Below are positions 11,401 to 20,153 of a DNA stretch of 64,000 nt, in pieces. Each line of letters begins with the position of its first letter. Within the stretch, counting starts at the first letter, position 1. The stretch covers positions 160,001-224,000 of the forward strand of contig JBBRLI010000002.1 in NCBI GenBank assembly GCA_038231455.1, given 5' to 3'. Origin of the DNA: Vulcanimicrobiales bacterium. Lineage in GTDB: Bacteria; Vulcanimicrobiota; Vulcanimicrobiia; Vulcanimicrobiales; Vulcanimicrobiaceae. A program made the position numbers and the translations under genes. The notes beneath the pieces were generated by a model. That model made no database searches, was not told the DNA's origin, and saw only the letters and a list, made by a program, of their open reading frames with translations.

Positions 11401-13510
11401 CGCAGATGCGGCAATTACCGGGACCTCCGGATCGTTCGGATTGACCGGCTCGATTTTGCCGGCGGCGCACGCGCCGCTGATCGATCCGATCAAACGCTCG
11501 ACGCTCGACCTCAACGCCCGCGTTTCCGCCGTCGATCTGGCGACGTGGCTACCGGCGTTCGGCGTGCATACGCTGCTCATCGGGCACGTCGATGCAAGCG
11601 CGCATGTCGTCGGCCGCTATCCGCGGCTGTCGCTTGGTGCAAACGCAGCGCTCACCGGTGGCGGATACGATCGTATCCCGATCCAGCAGTTCACGATCGC
11701 GGCAACGGCGCAAAATGGGCGCGCGACGATTACCGACGCCCACCTCGTCGCGCCCGCGCTCGACGTTCGCGCCAAAGGCAGCCTTGGTTTTCTTCCGACC
11801 GACCGCATTGCGCTTGACGTTTCTCTTACCTCGCCCGATGTCGGTTCGTTTTATACAACGGCGACGGGAATGGCCTCACCGGTGAGCGGATCGTTCTCGA
11901 CGCTCGCGACGATCGGCGGTTCGTTTCGCGTGCCGGTCGCATCTGCGGTTCTCGATGCGAATGCCGTCAAGGTGGCAAACGTTGCGATTCCGCACGCGCG
12001 GGCCGACATCACGTACGCGCGACAATCGTTCGTGCTGCATGCAAGTGAGATCGATTTTCTCTCCGGCAAGATTCTCGCCGAGGGGAACGTGCCGCTGACG
12101 CTCGCTGGGATCAGCGCGACGGCGCCCATTGCGGCAACCATCACGACCGTCGGGCTGGATCTTGCCAACTTCGCGCCGCTCGTGCCTTCCGGAACGCGCG
12201 TCGCCGGGATTCTCGATAGCCGGATCGTCGCCTCGGGATCGGCGACAGCGCCGCAACTTCTCGGTAGCGTCGCACTTCATAATGGCCGCTATCGCTCCGA
12301 CTTCGAACGAGCCGAACTAACGAACATCGCGGCGCACGTCGCGCTTTCCGGTACGCAGGCAACGCTGAGCGACTTCCATACAGATATCGGCGGCGGCGCA
12401 ATCGATGCAACCGGAAATGCGCGCGTCGTCGATCTACGCAATCCGATTCGAACGCTAGCCTACACAGCAAGCGCGCACGCAAATCGGGCCGGGCTCGATT
12501 TCCCGGCATATTTTCGCGGGAAGATGGACGGAACGGTCGCCGTCGCTCGTGCATCCGGGGCGCGACCGCTGGTCAGCGGGGACGTAGCGTTCACCAACAC
12601 GCGAATTCCGCTTACGGCAATTTATAATCCGAACGCGGTGCCCGCAGCGACGCCGGTGGCGCTGCCCGATGTTGCATTCGATTTGGGCATCCTCGCCGGT
12701 GAAGATGATCGCGTCCAAAGCGGAGCCGTCGATGTTGGTGCGACTGGAGCCGCGCGCTTGGGTGGGACGCTTGCTGCCCCAACGCTCGATGGACGATTCG
12801 AATCAACGGGCGGCACGCTCAGTTTCTACCGGCAATTCGTCTTGGAGCGCGGCGCGGTTCGTTTCACGCCGGATGCCGGCATTATTCCAAACGTGTACGC
12901 CGTCGCAACGACGCACGTGCCCGATCCCTCAACCGATATCAGTTTGACGTTAACGGGTCCGGCGACGAGTTTGAATTTAGCGTTCGATTCGACGCCCGGG
13001 TATAGTAAAGCGCAGATTTTGGGCCTGCTCGTCAACGCACAGGCGCTCGGGGCGATCGGTGGCCTCGCGCAATCCGGCTCGAACAGCAACCTGCCTTCGC
13101 CGATTGCGGATGCGGCCTTCGGCTACGTCGAACAACAGCTCTCGCGTTCGTTCCTGACCCCGCTCGGTAGCGGTCTTGGCAAAGCGCTTGGGTTTTCGAA
13201 CCTCAACCTCGGGTACGGCTTGACCGGCGGCTTCACCGCAAACGCATCGCGTCGCATCGGAAAAAATCTCGAAGTCGTCGTGGGCGAGTCGCTCGGCTAC
13301 CCGCAGCGCGAGTCCTTCGGCGTGCGCAGTACGTTCGGAAAGAGTACTTCCGCGCAGCTGACGTTCTTCTCATCGCAAGGGAACGCGACGTTCGGGTCGT
13401 TTTCGCAGAGTTATCTGCAATCGATCAATACCGATCAGACCATCCGCGCCATCGAGCCGCCGACAAGCGGCTCGGGCTTCGTGTTCACGCTCCAAAAGCG
13501 GTTTAAGTAG
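8408..13510 (+). CDS. Large AsmA/TamB-like (DUF490-type) periplasm-spanning protein, 1700 aa
   Basis: Single N-terminal TM anchor and a long Gly-rich beta-strand repeat body. The C-terminus resembles TamB (LGGTLAAPTLDG, F.LERG.V.F, LTGPA..L.L.F.STP..S..QILGLL). Confidence 0.8.
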   Translation: MMLFSGRRRLTIAYVAGAVVVLAFIIVYIARASILQNLVQSGAGAATGYNISFRTFAVSGSHAEMHGASVRTRSGEPFLTAGHVAVDFNLGDFLTGTRQYGLRTLLVENPHITIVRHRDGTYNVALPRAAANTTKATRAPAPFDASISVRNGSVELIDDAAIYRGSQHQTVVDLNAEAQLHSNARSSYTIGFAFAGSGGRFPVHGAAILDDLRGTESHHWTAKVVPIGPLVDYAVNSTAVHLSAGLLRDVDLRYFGLLNRHGEIDRHIGARARLDGAQIYVAALRRPLRDVHGPVRVYDDGLMTPRADAILAGIPVRIAGGLYDFAHPSFRLGIVGSGPLESLVTLGPPSPYVHRLAGPLDFAVRLESAVGHPVVFGHFSGAHVSYNGFPARDVHGLVSIDGTELDIINAGGNYAGIGIETQALIALERHLGIRAVVRADAPAHTLPYVDSLVPGMPVGAIGVVAGIDTSLAAHGILAGANAGDTLESPIAIDQSGNGLIGPLAITHRDGSSLYARASLSQHPNSLTAIVDARGFRLSPSSVNTLPGIQFPAIPAIDGTIDGVIGVATNQGAVALGGIATLTGAHVQGIAIDRAGGRFDGSANDVQVGALDARGPWGSFSGTGGSNGTRTALDGRFRGSLGALASVGVHVPATGDVDAPVSIFIDGATTVVQTQDARFSRASLGGIAVDHLDATVGLHGTQVAVYSASSSVGGGQVVASGRLGDGGTIGIATSAIHNPNDPRIPVTSGTVQLLGTLAGTLNAPRADASAIVSNGRVAGDIPVGGDFALAYARDRLGLDGSLLRFGDAYATLDGSIAGVTGARPSYDLQSRVRVADFGDLASVLDIPLPYLVGSFDANLGIHGAGTTPQVIGDVAIPEGSVNGLAFKAGFVRLNADAFATRASGGNITVGTTHLAFDGSYARGATRASVRTDRADLADFNDYFDIADTLAGTGPIAFDLLSAGDTLQTRGNAAIAAARFRRFTLGDARARWSMRGRSILADAAITGTSGSFGLTGSILPAAHAPLIDPIKRSTLDLNARVSAVDLATWLPAFGVHTLLIGHVDASAHVVGRYPRLSLGANAALTGGGYDRIPIQQFTIAATAQNGRATITDAHLVAPALDVRAKGSLGFLPTDRIALDVSLTSPDVGSFYTTATGMASPVSGSFSTLATIGGSFRVPVASAVLDANAVKVANVAIPHARADITYARQSFVLHASEIDFLSGKILAEGNVPLTLAGISATAPIAATITTVGLDLANFAPLVPSGTRVAGILDSRIVASGSATAPQLLGSVALHNGRYRSDFERAELTNIAAHVALSGTQATLSDFHTDIGGGAIDATGNARVVDLRNPIRTLAYTASAHANRAGLDFPAYFRGKMDGTVAVARASGARPLVSGDVAFTNTRIPLTAIYNPNAVPAATPVALPDVAFDLGILAGEDDRVQSGAVDVGATGAARLGGTLAAPTLDGRFESTGGTLSFYRQFVLERGAVRFTPDAGIIPNVYAVATTHVPDPSTDISLTLTGPATSLNLAFDSTPGYSKAQILGLLVNAQALGAIGGLAQSGSNSNLPSPIADAAFGYVEQQLSRSFLTPLGSGLGKALGFSNLNLGYGLTGGFTANASRRIGKNLEVVVGESLGYPQRESFGVRSTFGKSTSAQLTFFSSQGNATFGSFSQSYLQSINTDQTIRAIEPPTSGSGFVFTLQKRFK

Positions 13511-13553
13511 CAAACGATAGGAACCGCGGACCCGCATGCGAAGTTGGGCCAAA

Positions 13554-14012
13554 ATGCTTAAGTCCTTAAGTGATACTCCGGTCTCGTTCGGTCATCTCGT
13601 GCGGACGCTCGCCCGGCACGTCGACCGTGCGATGGCGCTGCGGGTGGCGGAGTTCGGATTGACGATCGCTGAGTATTACGTCTTGCGCGAACTCTACATC
13701 GATGATGGGCTTACCCAGCGTGCGCTTAGCGCGCGGCTGAACCTCACGGAGCCCGCAATGCTCCTCACCGTCCGCGGAATGTCCGAGAAGAAGCTCGTCC
13801 GTCGCGCTCGCGATGCAGACGATCGCCGAAAGATCAACGTTTTTCTTGCCGCGGGCGGGAAGCGGCTTCGGAGGCCGTTGCACGATCACGCGCTTGCGGT
13901 AAACGCCGTGGCACGGACGGGGCTTAGCGACGCCCAAATCGTGCGTTTTCGTTCCACGCTCGATCGTATGGCGAGCAACTTTCGCACATCTGGAGGGACA
14001 TCACTTGGCTAA
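13554..14012 (+). CDS. MarR-family transcriptional regulator
   Basis: GLTIAEYYVLREL, GLTQRALS and DADDRR motifs. Start at ATG 13554 or 13536. Confidence 0.9.
   Translation: MLKSLSDTPVSFGHLVRTLARHVDRAMALRVAEFGLTIAEYYVLRELYIDDGLTQRALSARLNLTEPAMLLTVRGMSEKKLVRRARDADDRRKINVFLAAGGKRLRRPLHDHALAVNAVARTGLSDAQIVRFRSTLDRMASNFRTSGGTSLG
13557..13570. promoter_or_regulatory. Candidate MarR operator CTTAAG-N2-CTTAAG
   Basis: Two palindromic CTTAAG hexamers 2 nt apart form an AT-rich dyad at the start of the marR gene that heads the catabolic region. Confidence 0.45.
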
Positions 14013-14961
14013 TCAACTCTCGCGCGCCGCCTTCGTGGCGCTCGCAGCCGCAGCCGGCCTTGCACCGAATGCGGCGTTCGCCGCGAGCCTCAGCCTCAAA
14101 GCCGGATCCGCTCGCGACGACGATGCGACACCGTATCTGTACGCGATGCAGAGCGGACTCTTCAAGAAAAACGGCATCGACGCCGCGCTGACCGGCATGA
14201 ACAGCGGCTCGGCGGTCTCAACAGCGGTCGTGGGCGGTTCGTTCGATATCGGCAAGTCGAGTCTCATGGGCCTTATCGCCGCGCATGCGCGCAGGATTCC
14301 GTTCATCCTGATCGCGCCGGCAGGCGAGTATTTCTCGAGCGCACCCGTCAGTGGCATGCTCGTCAAAGTCGACGGTCCGATTAAAAAGGCCGCCGACCTG
14401 AGCGGGAAAGTCATCGCCGTCTCGGCGCTCAACGATCTCTACACGATCACGACGCGCGCGTGGATCGATTCGCACGGCGGCGATTCGACGACCGTGAAGT
14501 TTGTCGAACTGCCGATCAGCGCCGTGCCCGCGGCGATCGAGCAAGGCCGAATCGATGCCGGCAACGTGCTCGAACCCGAACTCGAAGTCGCGATCGAGTC
14601 GAAGACCGTGCGCGTGCTCTCGCACCCTTTCGATGCAATCGCGACGAATTTCACCTTCAGCGGCTGGTTCACAACGAAAGAATTTGCCGAAAAGAATCGC
14701 GATACGGTCGAGCGCTTCGTTCGTTCGCTTCGCGAGGCCGCTAACTACACGAACGCGCATCACGATCTGACCGTCGATGCGCTCGCGCAGTTTACGAAAG
14801 TCGATGCAGCGGTGATCAAGAAGTCGTCGCGCGCGACGGCCGGCGTGGACATCGAACTGAAGAAGATTCAGCCTCTCATCGATACCGCAGCGAAGTACAA
14901 GGTGATCCCGGAGCCGTTCGACGCGCGCGATCTCGTCGACCCAGCGGTGTTGCACCTCTAA
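14005..14961 (+). CDS. NitT/TauT (SsuA-like) ABC substrate-binding protein
   Basis: Signal peptide (SRAAFVALAAAAG..AFA), GLFKKNGID, DLSGKVIAV, GGDSTTVKFVEL and GRIDA motifs. Confidence 0.88.
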   Translation: MANQLSRAAFVALAAAAGLAPNAAFAASLSLKAGSARDDDATPYLYAMQSGLFKKNGIDAALTGMNSGSAVSTAVVGGSFDIGKSSLMGLIAAHARRIPFILIAPAGEYFSSAPVSGMLVKVDGPIKKAADLSGKVIAVSALNDLYTITTRAWIDSHGGDSTTVKFVELPISAVPAAIEQGRIDAGNVLEPELEVAIESKTVRVLSHPFDAIATNFTFSGWFTTKEFAEKNRDTVERFVRSLREAANYTNAHHDLTVDALAQFTKVDAAVIKKSSRATAGVDIELKKIQPLIDTAAKYKVIPEPFDARDLVDPAVLHL

Positions 14962-14962
14962 G

Positions 14963-16132
14963 ATGCTTGCACTGGGCGTGATCGGGCTCGGACGTGCGGC
15001 ATCCTCGATGCTGCCGAGCCTGCGCGCGCACCCCGATGTGCGGATCGTTGCGGCTGCCGATCCGAATCCCGCCGCGCGCGACCGCTTCCTTGCCGACTTC
15101 GGCGGCGAGGTGTACGGAAGTGGCGCCGAACTGTGTGCGCAGCCGCAGATCGATGCGGTCTATATCGCAACGCCGCACGCGTGTCATGCGGAGGACGTCC
15201 GCACGGCGGCGGCTCACGGAAAACATGCCATCGTCGAGAAGCCGATGGCACTGACCGCGTCGGAATGCCGGGGAATGATTGCTGCCGCGCGTGCTGCGGG
15301 TATTGTCCTAGTCATCGGACACACGCATGGCTTCGATCCCGCGATCCTCGCGATGCGTGCGCTCGTGGCAGGCGGCACGTACGGCCGCTTGCGGATGATC
15401 ACGAGCCTTGTATACACGGACTTTCTCTATCGACCGCGCCGACCCGAAGAACTCGACACGTCGCTTGGCGGCGGGATCATGTACAACCAGGTCCCGCATC
15501 AGATCGACCTCGTGCGGACGCTTGCGGGCACGCCGCTGCGCAGCGTCAAGGCGATCAGCGGCGTGTGGGATCCTAAACGCAGGACCGAGGGTGCACTTGC
15601 GGCGCTTCTCGAGTTCGAAGACGGCGTCGCCGCGACGCTTACGTATTCGGGATACGACCGGTTTGATAGCGACGAATTCCAATTTTGGATCGCCGAATCA
15701 GGCGCGGAAAAGAAGCCGAACCATGGAGCCGCGCGACACGCACTCGGCGAACGTTCGCCAAGCGACGAAGCCGCGCTCAAAGCGCAGAGCGGCTATAGTG
15801 GCAGCGGAATACGCGCTACGGCCGGGCCTGCGCATCAGCCGCATTTCGGGATGCTACTTGTTAGCTGTGAAGACGCGGATTTTCGCATCGCCCCCGATGG
15901 TGTACTGGTGTACGATCGTGAGGGCGTGCGTGAGATCGCCTTGCCCCAGTCGCGTGCGTTTCCCAACAAAGATAGCGTGATTGACGAATTCTACGATGCG
16001 GTCGTGCGGGGCGTCCCCGCCATCCACGACGGACCTTGGGGGATGGCGACCGTTGAAGCGTCGCTTGCACTCATGCAGTCTTCTGCAGAACGTCGAGAGA
16101 TTTTTCTGGGGGTGCCGCGTGCCGTCTCTTGA
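14963..16132 (+). CDS. Gfo/Idh/MocA oxidoreductase, phthalate 4,5-cis-dihydrodiol dehydrogenase (OphB/Pht4)-like
   Basis: GVIGLG Rossmann motif, YIATPH, VEKPMA, and the subfamily signature YTDFLYRPRRPEELDTSLGGG...HQID. Confidence 0.85.
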   Translation: MLALGVIGLGRAASSMLPSLRAHPDVRIVAAADPNPAARDRFLADFGGEVYGSGAELCAQPQIDAVYIATPHACHAEDVRTAAAHGKHAIVEKPMALTASECRGMIAAARAAGIVLVIGHTHGFDPAILAMRALVAGGTYGRLRMITSLVYTDFLYRPRRPEELDTSLGGGIMYNQVPHQIDLVRTLAGTPLRSVKAISGVWDPKRRTEGALAALLEFEDGVAATLTYSGYDRFDSDEFQFWIAESGAEKKPNHGAARHALGERSPSDEAALKAQSGYSGSGIRATAGPAHQPHFGMLLVSCEDADFRIAPDGVLVYDREGVREIALPQSRAFPNKDSVIDEFYDAVVRGVPAIHDGPWGMATVEASLALMQSSAERREIFLGVPRAVS

Positions 16133-16352
16133 GATAGCCTCCCTTGCCGCGTTGCTCGATGACGTGCGGCCGCTCGTCGTCGCGGCGCGCGAACGCGGCG
16201 ACCACCCGCGCTATTTGATGCTCGACGGCCCGGCGTACGATGCCGTCGCGCAGGTGAAAGACGGCGATCGGGAACGCGGTCTGCCGATGATCGTTTTGGG
16301 CCTTGAGATCGTCCGTTCCGACGATCCCGCTGCTCGCCCGCGCGTCTTTTAA
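16119..16352 (+). CDS. Small hypothetical protein (77 aa)
   Basis: GTG start after a GGGGGTG SD-like sequence. Overlaps the upstream stop and fills the gap before the Rieske gene. Confidence 0.65.
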   Translation: MPSLEIASLAALLDDVRPLVVAARERGDHPRYLMLDGPAYDAVAQVKDGDRERGLPMIVLGLEIVRSDDPAARPRVF

Positions 16353-16382
16353 TCCGCACCGATCGAACGAGGTTCTCTGCCG

Positions 16383-17645
16383 ATGCTCTCACGCGAAGAA
16401 AACCAGCTGCTCACCACCGTCGACTCCGGAACGCCGATGGGCGTCGCGCTACGACGCTACTGGTTCCCCGCGCTTCTCAGTGAAGAACTGGTCGAGAACG
16501 ACGGCACACCGGTGCCGGTGCGAATGCTCGGCGAGGATTTGGTCGCGTGGCGCGATAGCAAGGGCCGCATCGGTCTCATGGACGAGCGCTGCCCGCACCG
16601 ACTCGCCTCGATGACGCTCGGTCGAAATGAGGACTGTGCACTGACGTGCATCTACCACGGTTGGAAATTCGATGTGAACGGTGCATGTCTTGAGATGCCG
16701 ACCGAACCGCCCGACTACAATTTCAAGAATCGCATCCGCATGAACGCCTATCCGACGCACGAAGCGGGCGGCATCATTTGGACCTACCTGGGTCCGCCCG
16801 ACCAGCAACCCACCTTCCCGGCCTACAAATTCACCTCGATGGCAAGCGATCGCGTGGGCGTCGTGAAGATCGGGATCCGGGCGAACTACTTGCAAACGGT
16901 CGAAGGCGCGATCGACTCCGCGCATTCGTGGTTCCTCCATCGCGGTAGTTCGCGCGATTGGGAGAAGCGGCTTTCAATCTCCGAGGATCAGTCGCCCAAA
17001 CTCGAGGCGGAAGATACCGCCTACGGGTTCCGGTATGCCGCAATCCGCAAACCCATCGATAATCCGGAGACGACGAAGTACGTCCGCGTAACGCTTTTTG
17101 CCGCGCCCTCGACGGCGTTCATCCCGCCGCCGCTCAACCCGAATCTGCCCGTGCACACGCAGATCTTCGTGCCGATGGATTCCGAGACCACGATGCTCTT
17201 CGATGTTTTCTACGCGCAGAACGATACGCCGGTCGATCAGGCGGACTTGCGCCGCAGCCTGAACGCGCAGGCCGGCATCGATTTGGACGAACGTGGATTT
17301 CGATTTGCCAGACGCGAGAATCGCTGGAATCAGGATCGCGCGGCGATGAAAGACGGCAGTTGGACCGGCATCCGCGGCTTTCAAAATCAAGATATCGCGG
17401 CGCAAGAATCGATGGGTCGCATCGTCGACCGCAGCCAGGAGCATCTTGGCACCTCGGACGTTGCGGTGATCCGCATGCGTCGCCGGTTACTGGAGACGCT
17501 GCGACGCTCGCAGGCGGGAGAACCGCTCGTCGGACTTGAGCATCGGGTCGCATACGAGCGGATGGCAAGCGAACAGCGCGTCATAGCGATCGACGAACCA
17601 TGGCAGCACGTCGGCGCGCATGCCGGCGAGGTTTCGGCCGTATGA
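16383..17645 (+). CDS. Rieske non-heme iron oxygenase alpha subunit, phthalate dioxygenase/PobA/LigX-like (type A copy 1)
   Basis: Rieske motif CPHR...CIYHGW, mononuclear-iron motif EGAIDSAHSWFLH, QDIAAQE, and EHLGTSD. Confidence 0.92.
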   Translation: MLSREENQLLTTVDSGTPMGVALRRYWFPALLSEELVENDGTPVPVRMLGEDLVAWRDSKGRIGLMDERCPHRLASMTLGRNEDCALTCIYHGWKFDVNGACLEMPTEPPDYNFKNRIRMNAYPTHEAGGIIWTYLGPPDQQPTFPAYKFTSMASDRVGVVKIGIRANYLQTVEGAIDSAHSWFLHRGSSRDWEKRLSISEDQSPKLEAEDTAYGFRYAAIRKPIDNPETTKYVRVTLFAAPSTAFIPPPLNPNLPVHTQIFVPMDSETTMLFDVFYAQNDTPVDQADLRRSLNAQAGIDLDERGFRFARRENRWNQDRAAMKDGSWTGIRGFQNQDIAAQESMGRIVDRSQEHLGTSDVAVIRMRRRLLETLRRSQAGEPLVGLEHRVAYERMASEQRVIAIDEPWQHVGAHAGEVSAV

Positions 17646-18352
17646 TCGCCGCTCCATCGCAAGCCCTCCTCGACGATCTCGTTACCGGCAATCGCATTCT
17701 CTTCAACGAGAAGATCGTCGATGGATTCGGACATATCAGCGCGCGCAGCGATACGGACCCCTCAACGTTCGTTATGTCCCGCTACGTCGCACCGGGCCTC
17801 GTCGAACTCGCCGACTTGCGTTCGTTCGATTTGGAGAGCAACCCGCTGGATGACGACGGCGCGCGACACTATAGCGAACGTTTTATCCACGGCGCGATCT
17901 ACGCAGCACGTCCCGACGTGCAGTCGGTCGTGCACTGCCACGCTGCGCAACTCTTGCCATTCGGTGTCAGCCGTGATACGACGCTTAAGCCGGTCTATCA
18001 CATGTGCGGATTTCTCGGTAGCGGCGTGCGCGTGTTTGAGATTCGCGACACCGCCGGGATGACAGATATGCTCATCCGCACGCCGCTGCTGGGCACCGCC
18101 CTGGCCGCCGAACTCGGTGCGGATCCGATGATTTTGATGCGCGGGCACGGCGCGACGATGGTCGGCAATTCGATCAAACAGGCGGTGTACCGCGCGATTT
18201 ACGCAGCGCAAAACGCCGCCGTTCAGCTCGACGCGATGCGACTCGGTGCGGTCACCTACCTGAGCGAAGAAGAAGCAGCGCTCTTTGAAGCGCACGCAAA
18301 CCTCATCTACGAACGTCCGTGGGAACTTTGGAAGCGCGAAGCGCTCGCGTAG
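17642..18352 (+). CDS. Class II aldolase/adducin-family protein (HMPD-decarboxylase-like)
   Basis: GHISAR, ERFIHGAIYAARPDV..VVHCH and LMRGHG motifs. ATGA overlap with the Rieske gene. Confidence 0.88.
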   Translation: MIAAPSQALLDDLVTGNRILFNEKIVDGFGHISARSDTDPSTFVMSRYVAPGLVELADLRSFDLESNPLDDDGARHYSERFIHGAIYAARPDVQSVVHCHAAQLLPFGVSRDTTLKPVYHMCGFLGSGVRVFEIRDTAGMTDMLIRTPLLGTALAAELGADPMILMRGHGATMVGNSIKQAVYRAIYAAQNAAVQLDAMRLGAVTYLSEEEAALFEAHANLIYERPWELWKREALA

Positions 18353-18363
18353 CCCTCGCTCTT

Positions 18364-19005
18364 TTACGGTCGCGGAGTTCCGGCTCTGATGCGCAACGCC
18401 GCCGGCATCGACGGCGATTGCATTCGCGCTGACTTCAGCGTCGAAGCTAGCCACGCGAGATCCTCGAGCATCACGTCCAACACCAATTGAAGCGATGCAT
18501 TTGTCGGCTTCCCGTCCGCTCCGAATGCGTTGGAGATGAATGGAATAAGCGTTGGCGTTCGAACCGGCACGGCTTCCGTCTCGATCAGCACTGTATTGAG
18601 ATGCTCGATCGCGCGTGCGCCGCCCGTTGCCGCAAGACTGTAGCCGATGCACGCCACCGGCTTGCGACGAAAGCCAAAAGAGAAGAACACCGAATCGAGG
18701 GCATTCTTGAGCACGGCCGGGAAGCTATGGTTGTACTCCGGGGTCACAACGATGTAGCCGTCCGCTTCTGCGATTTTGTTGTTCCAGCGCTTCACGAGTG
18801 GGTCCGAATAGGTTGGATCGGCGAAGTCGCCTACCGTCGCAATGGTTTCCCCAAAGAACGGCAGCGGCCAGTCGCGTAGGTCGAGTATTTCGACGTCGAA
18901 TGCTGTATGTGCAGCAACGAGGGGTGCGATCCATCGTATGACGGAGTCGGCATTGCGACCGCTCCGGGTGCTGCCGACGATGATTTGAAGACGAAGGTTG
19001 GGCAT
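18364..19005 (-). CDS. NAD(P)H-dependent FMN reductase
   Basis: IIVGSTR.GR, VTPEYNHSFPAVLKNALD and GGARAIEHL motifs. Start placed at ATG 19005 after a GAGGA SD; the longer ORF-track start overlaps marR. Confidence 0.92.
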   Translation of the reverse strand: MPNLRLQIIVGSTRSGRNADSVIRWIAPLVAAHTAFDVEILDLRDWPLPFFGETIATVGDFADPTYSDPLVKRWNNKIAEADGYIVVTPEYNHSFPAVLKNALDSVFFSFGFRRKPVACIGYSLAATGGARAIEHLNTVLIETEAVPVRTPTLIPFISNAFGADGKPTNASLQLVLDVMLEDLAWLASTLKSARMQSPSMPAALRIRAGTPRP

Positions 19006-19090
19006 TGTCATTCCTCGGGGACCGGGATGAAACAGCGATCGATTCGAATTGCGGAGAGTACTGTCAACTAGTTTATATAAGTATGGTGAT

Positions 19091-19522
19091 ATGTCAAGCG
19101 ATCTAGAACGGTTGGGTTGGCTGATCAAACGCGTCCAGCATCTCCACCATCGAGAACTCGACGCCAAGTTGGCTCGGTTTGATATCAGCCTTGTCCAGTG
19201 GAACGCACTTCGGGAAATCGCACGGAATCCAGAAGTTTCGCAACACGGCTTGGCCGAGCGGACGTTCAATTCTGACCAGTCGTTCGGGACGTTGCTTGCA
19301 AGGTTGCTCGCGCGAGGACTCATCGAGCAACACAAAAAAGTCGGACGAGCGACCTTCCATCGTTTGAGCGCCAAGGGAAAGAAACTGCTTCGGGACGGAC
19401 AGGACGTGATGTCCGAGGTTGTCATACAATCGTTTTCTGTTCTCCAGAAGAACGAACGGTCGGAACTTACCCGCTTACTCGTCAAAGTGCTCGACGCGCG
19501 CGCTCAGAATTCCGACCGGTAG
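19091..19522 (+). CDS. MarR-family regulator divergent from the FMN reductase
   Basis: ISLVQWNALREI, SQHGLAERTF and L..RGLI motifs. The AT-rich intergenic region contains an AACTAGTT dyad at 19066-19073. Confidence 0.88.
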   Translation: MSSDLERLGWLIKRVQHLHHRELDAKLARFDISLVQWNALREIARNPEVSQHGLAERTFNSDQSFGTLLARLLARGLIEQHKKVGRATFHRLSAKGKKLLRDGQDVMSEVVIQSFSVLQKNERSELTRLLVKVLDARAQNSDR

Positions 19523-19586
19523 GCAAAGGGTCCATCGCGGCTTCGATTAACTACATCGAATCGGGTTAACCGGAGAGAGTAATGCC

Positions 19587-19847
19587 ATGATGCAATTTGA
19601 AGAATTCGTATCCGCGCTCGAAGCGGAACTGCGCAAAACACCGGGCGCCGCCTTTGCCGCCAAGGAACGCGCGGTGACGTGGACGATGCAGGAGCGCGTT
19701 GCGATCGTGGCACTCGTGCCGCCGCTCAACGTGAGCGTGACACTTAGCGGTGCGGCAGCCGAGCCAGTGACGAATTGGTATCCGATCGATGCGGCGCTCG
19801 TTCCGGTCGTTTCGCATCGCGTCGCCGGTTTTCTCGGCGCGCACTGA
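19587..19847 (+). CDS. Small hypothetical protein (86 aa)
   Basis: ATG after a GGAGAG SD. Weak similarity to the ORF at 47801-48052. Confidence 0.65.
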   Translation: MMQFEEFVSALEAELRKTPGAAFAAKERAVTWTMQERVAIVALVPPLNVSVTLSGAAAEPVTNWYPIDAALVPVVSHRVAGFLGAH

Positions 19848-19848
19848 G

Positions 19849-20145
19849 ATGCCACATGCGCAAGCGCTTGTGATCGCACGCGACCCATCGCGTGTCGCAG
19901 CGGACCTCACCGCGCGACTTCGGCACGAGTTCGAAACGGAGTGGGCGGCCGAGGCGGGCTTCGTGAAGCTCGCCGAAGGCACGTGCTCGCTTTACGCCTG
20001 GCCCGAAGGGTTGCGGCTCGATGCCGTCGCGCAATCGGGCGATGATTTGACGCGCGTCGAGGCGTTCATTCGCGAGCAACTCGAAGCCAACGGCGTGGCG
20101 CGCGTCGAGTGGCGTCGGCGTCCGCTCTCGGAGATTCCGCGCTAG
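19849..20145 (+). CDS. DUF2218-like small protein
   Basis: Pattern SR...L...L.H.F..EW....G.V....G.C.L.A....L.L.A.A.....L..VE..I..QL...V.W recalls DUF2218. ATG lies immediately after the upstream stop. Confidence 0.6.
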   Translation: MPHAQALVIARDPSRVAADLTARLRHEFETEWAAEAGFVKLAEGTCSLYAWPEGLRLDAVAQSGDDLTRVEAFIREQLEANGVARVEWRRRPLSEIPR

Positions 20146-20153
20146 TAGACTTG

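Noticed and set aside
18364-19485. 373-aa ORF as an N-terminally extended FMN reductase
   Set aside because: The extension is the antisense of the marR gene. The reductase motif and SD start at about 19005.
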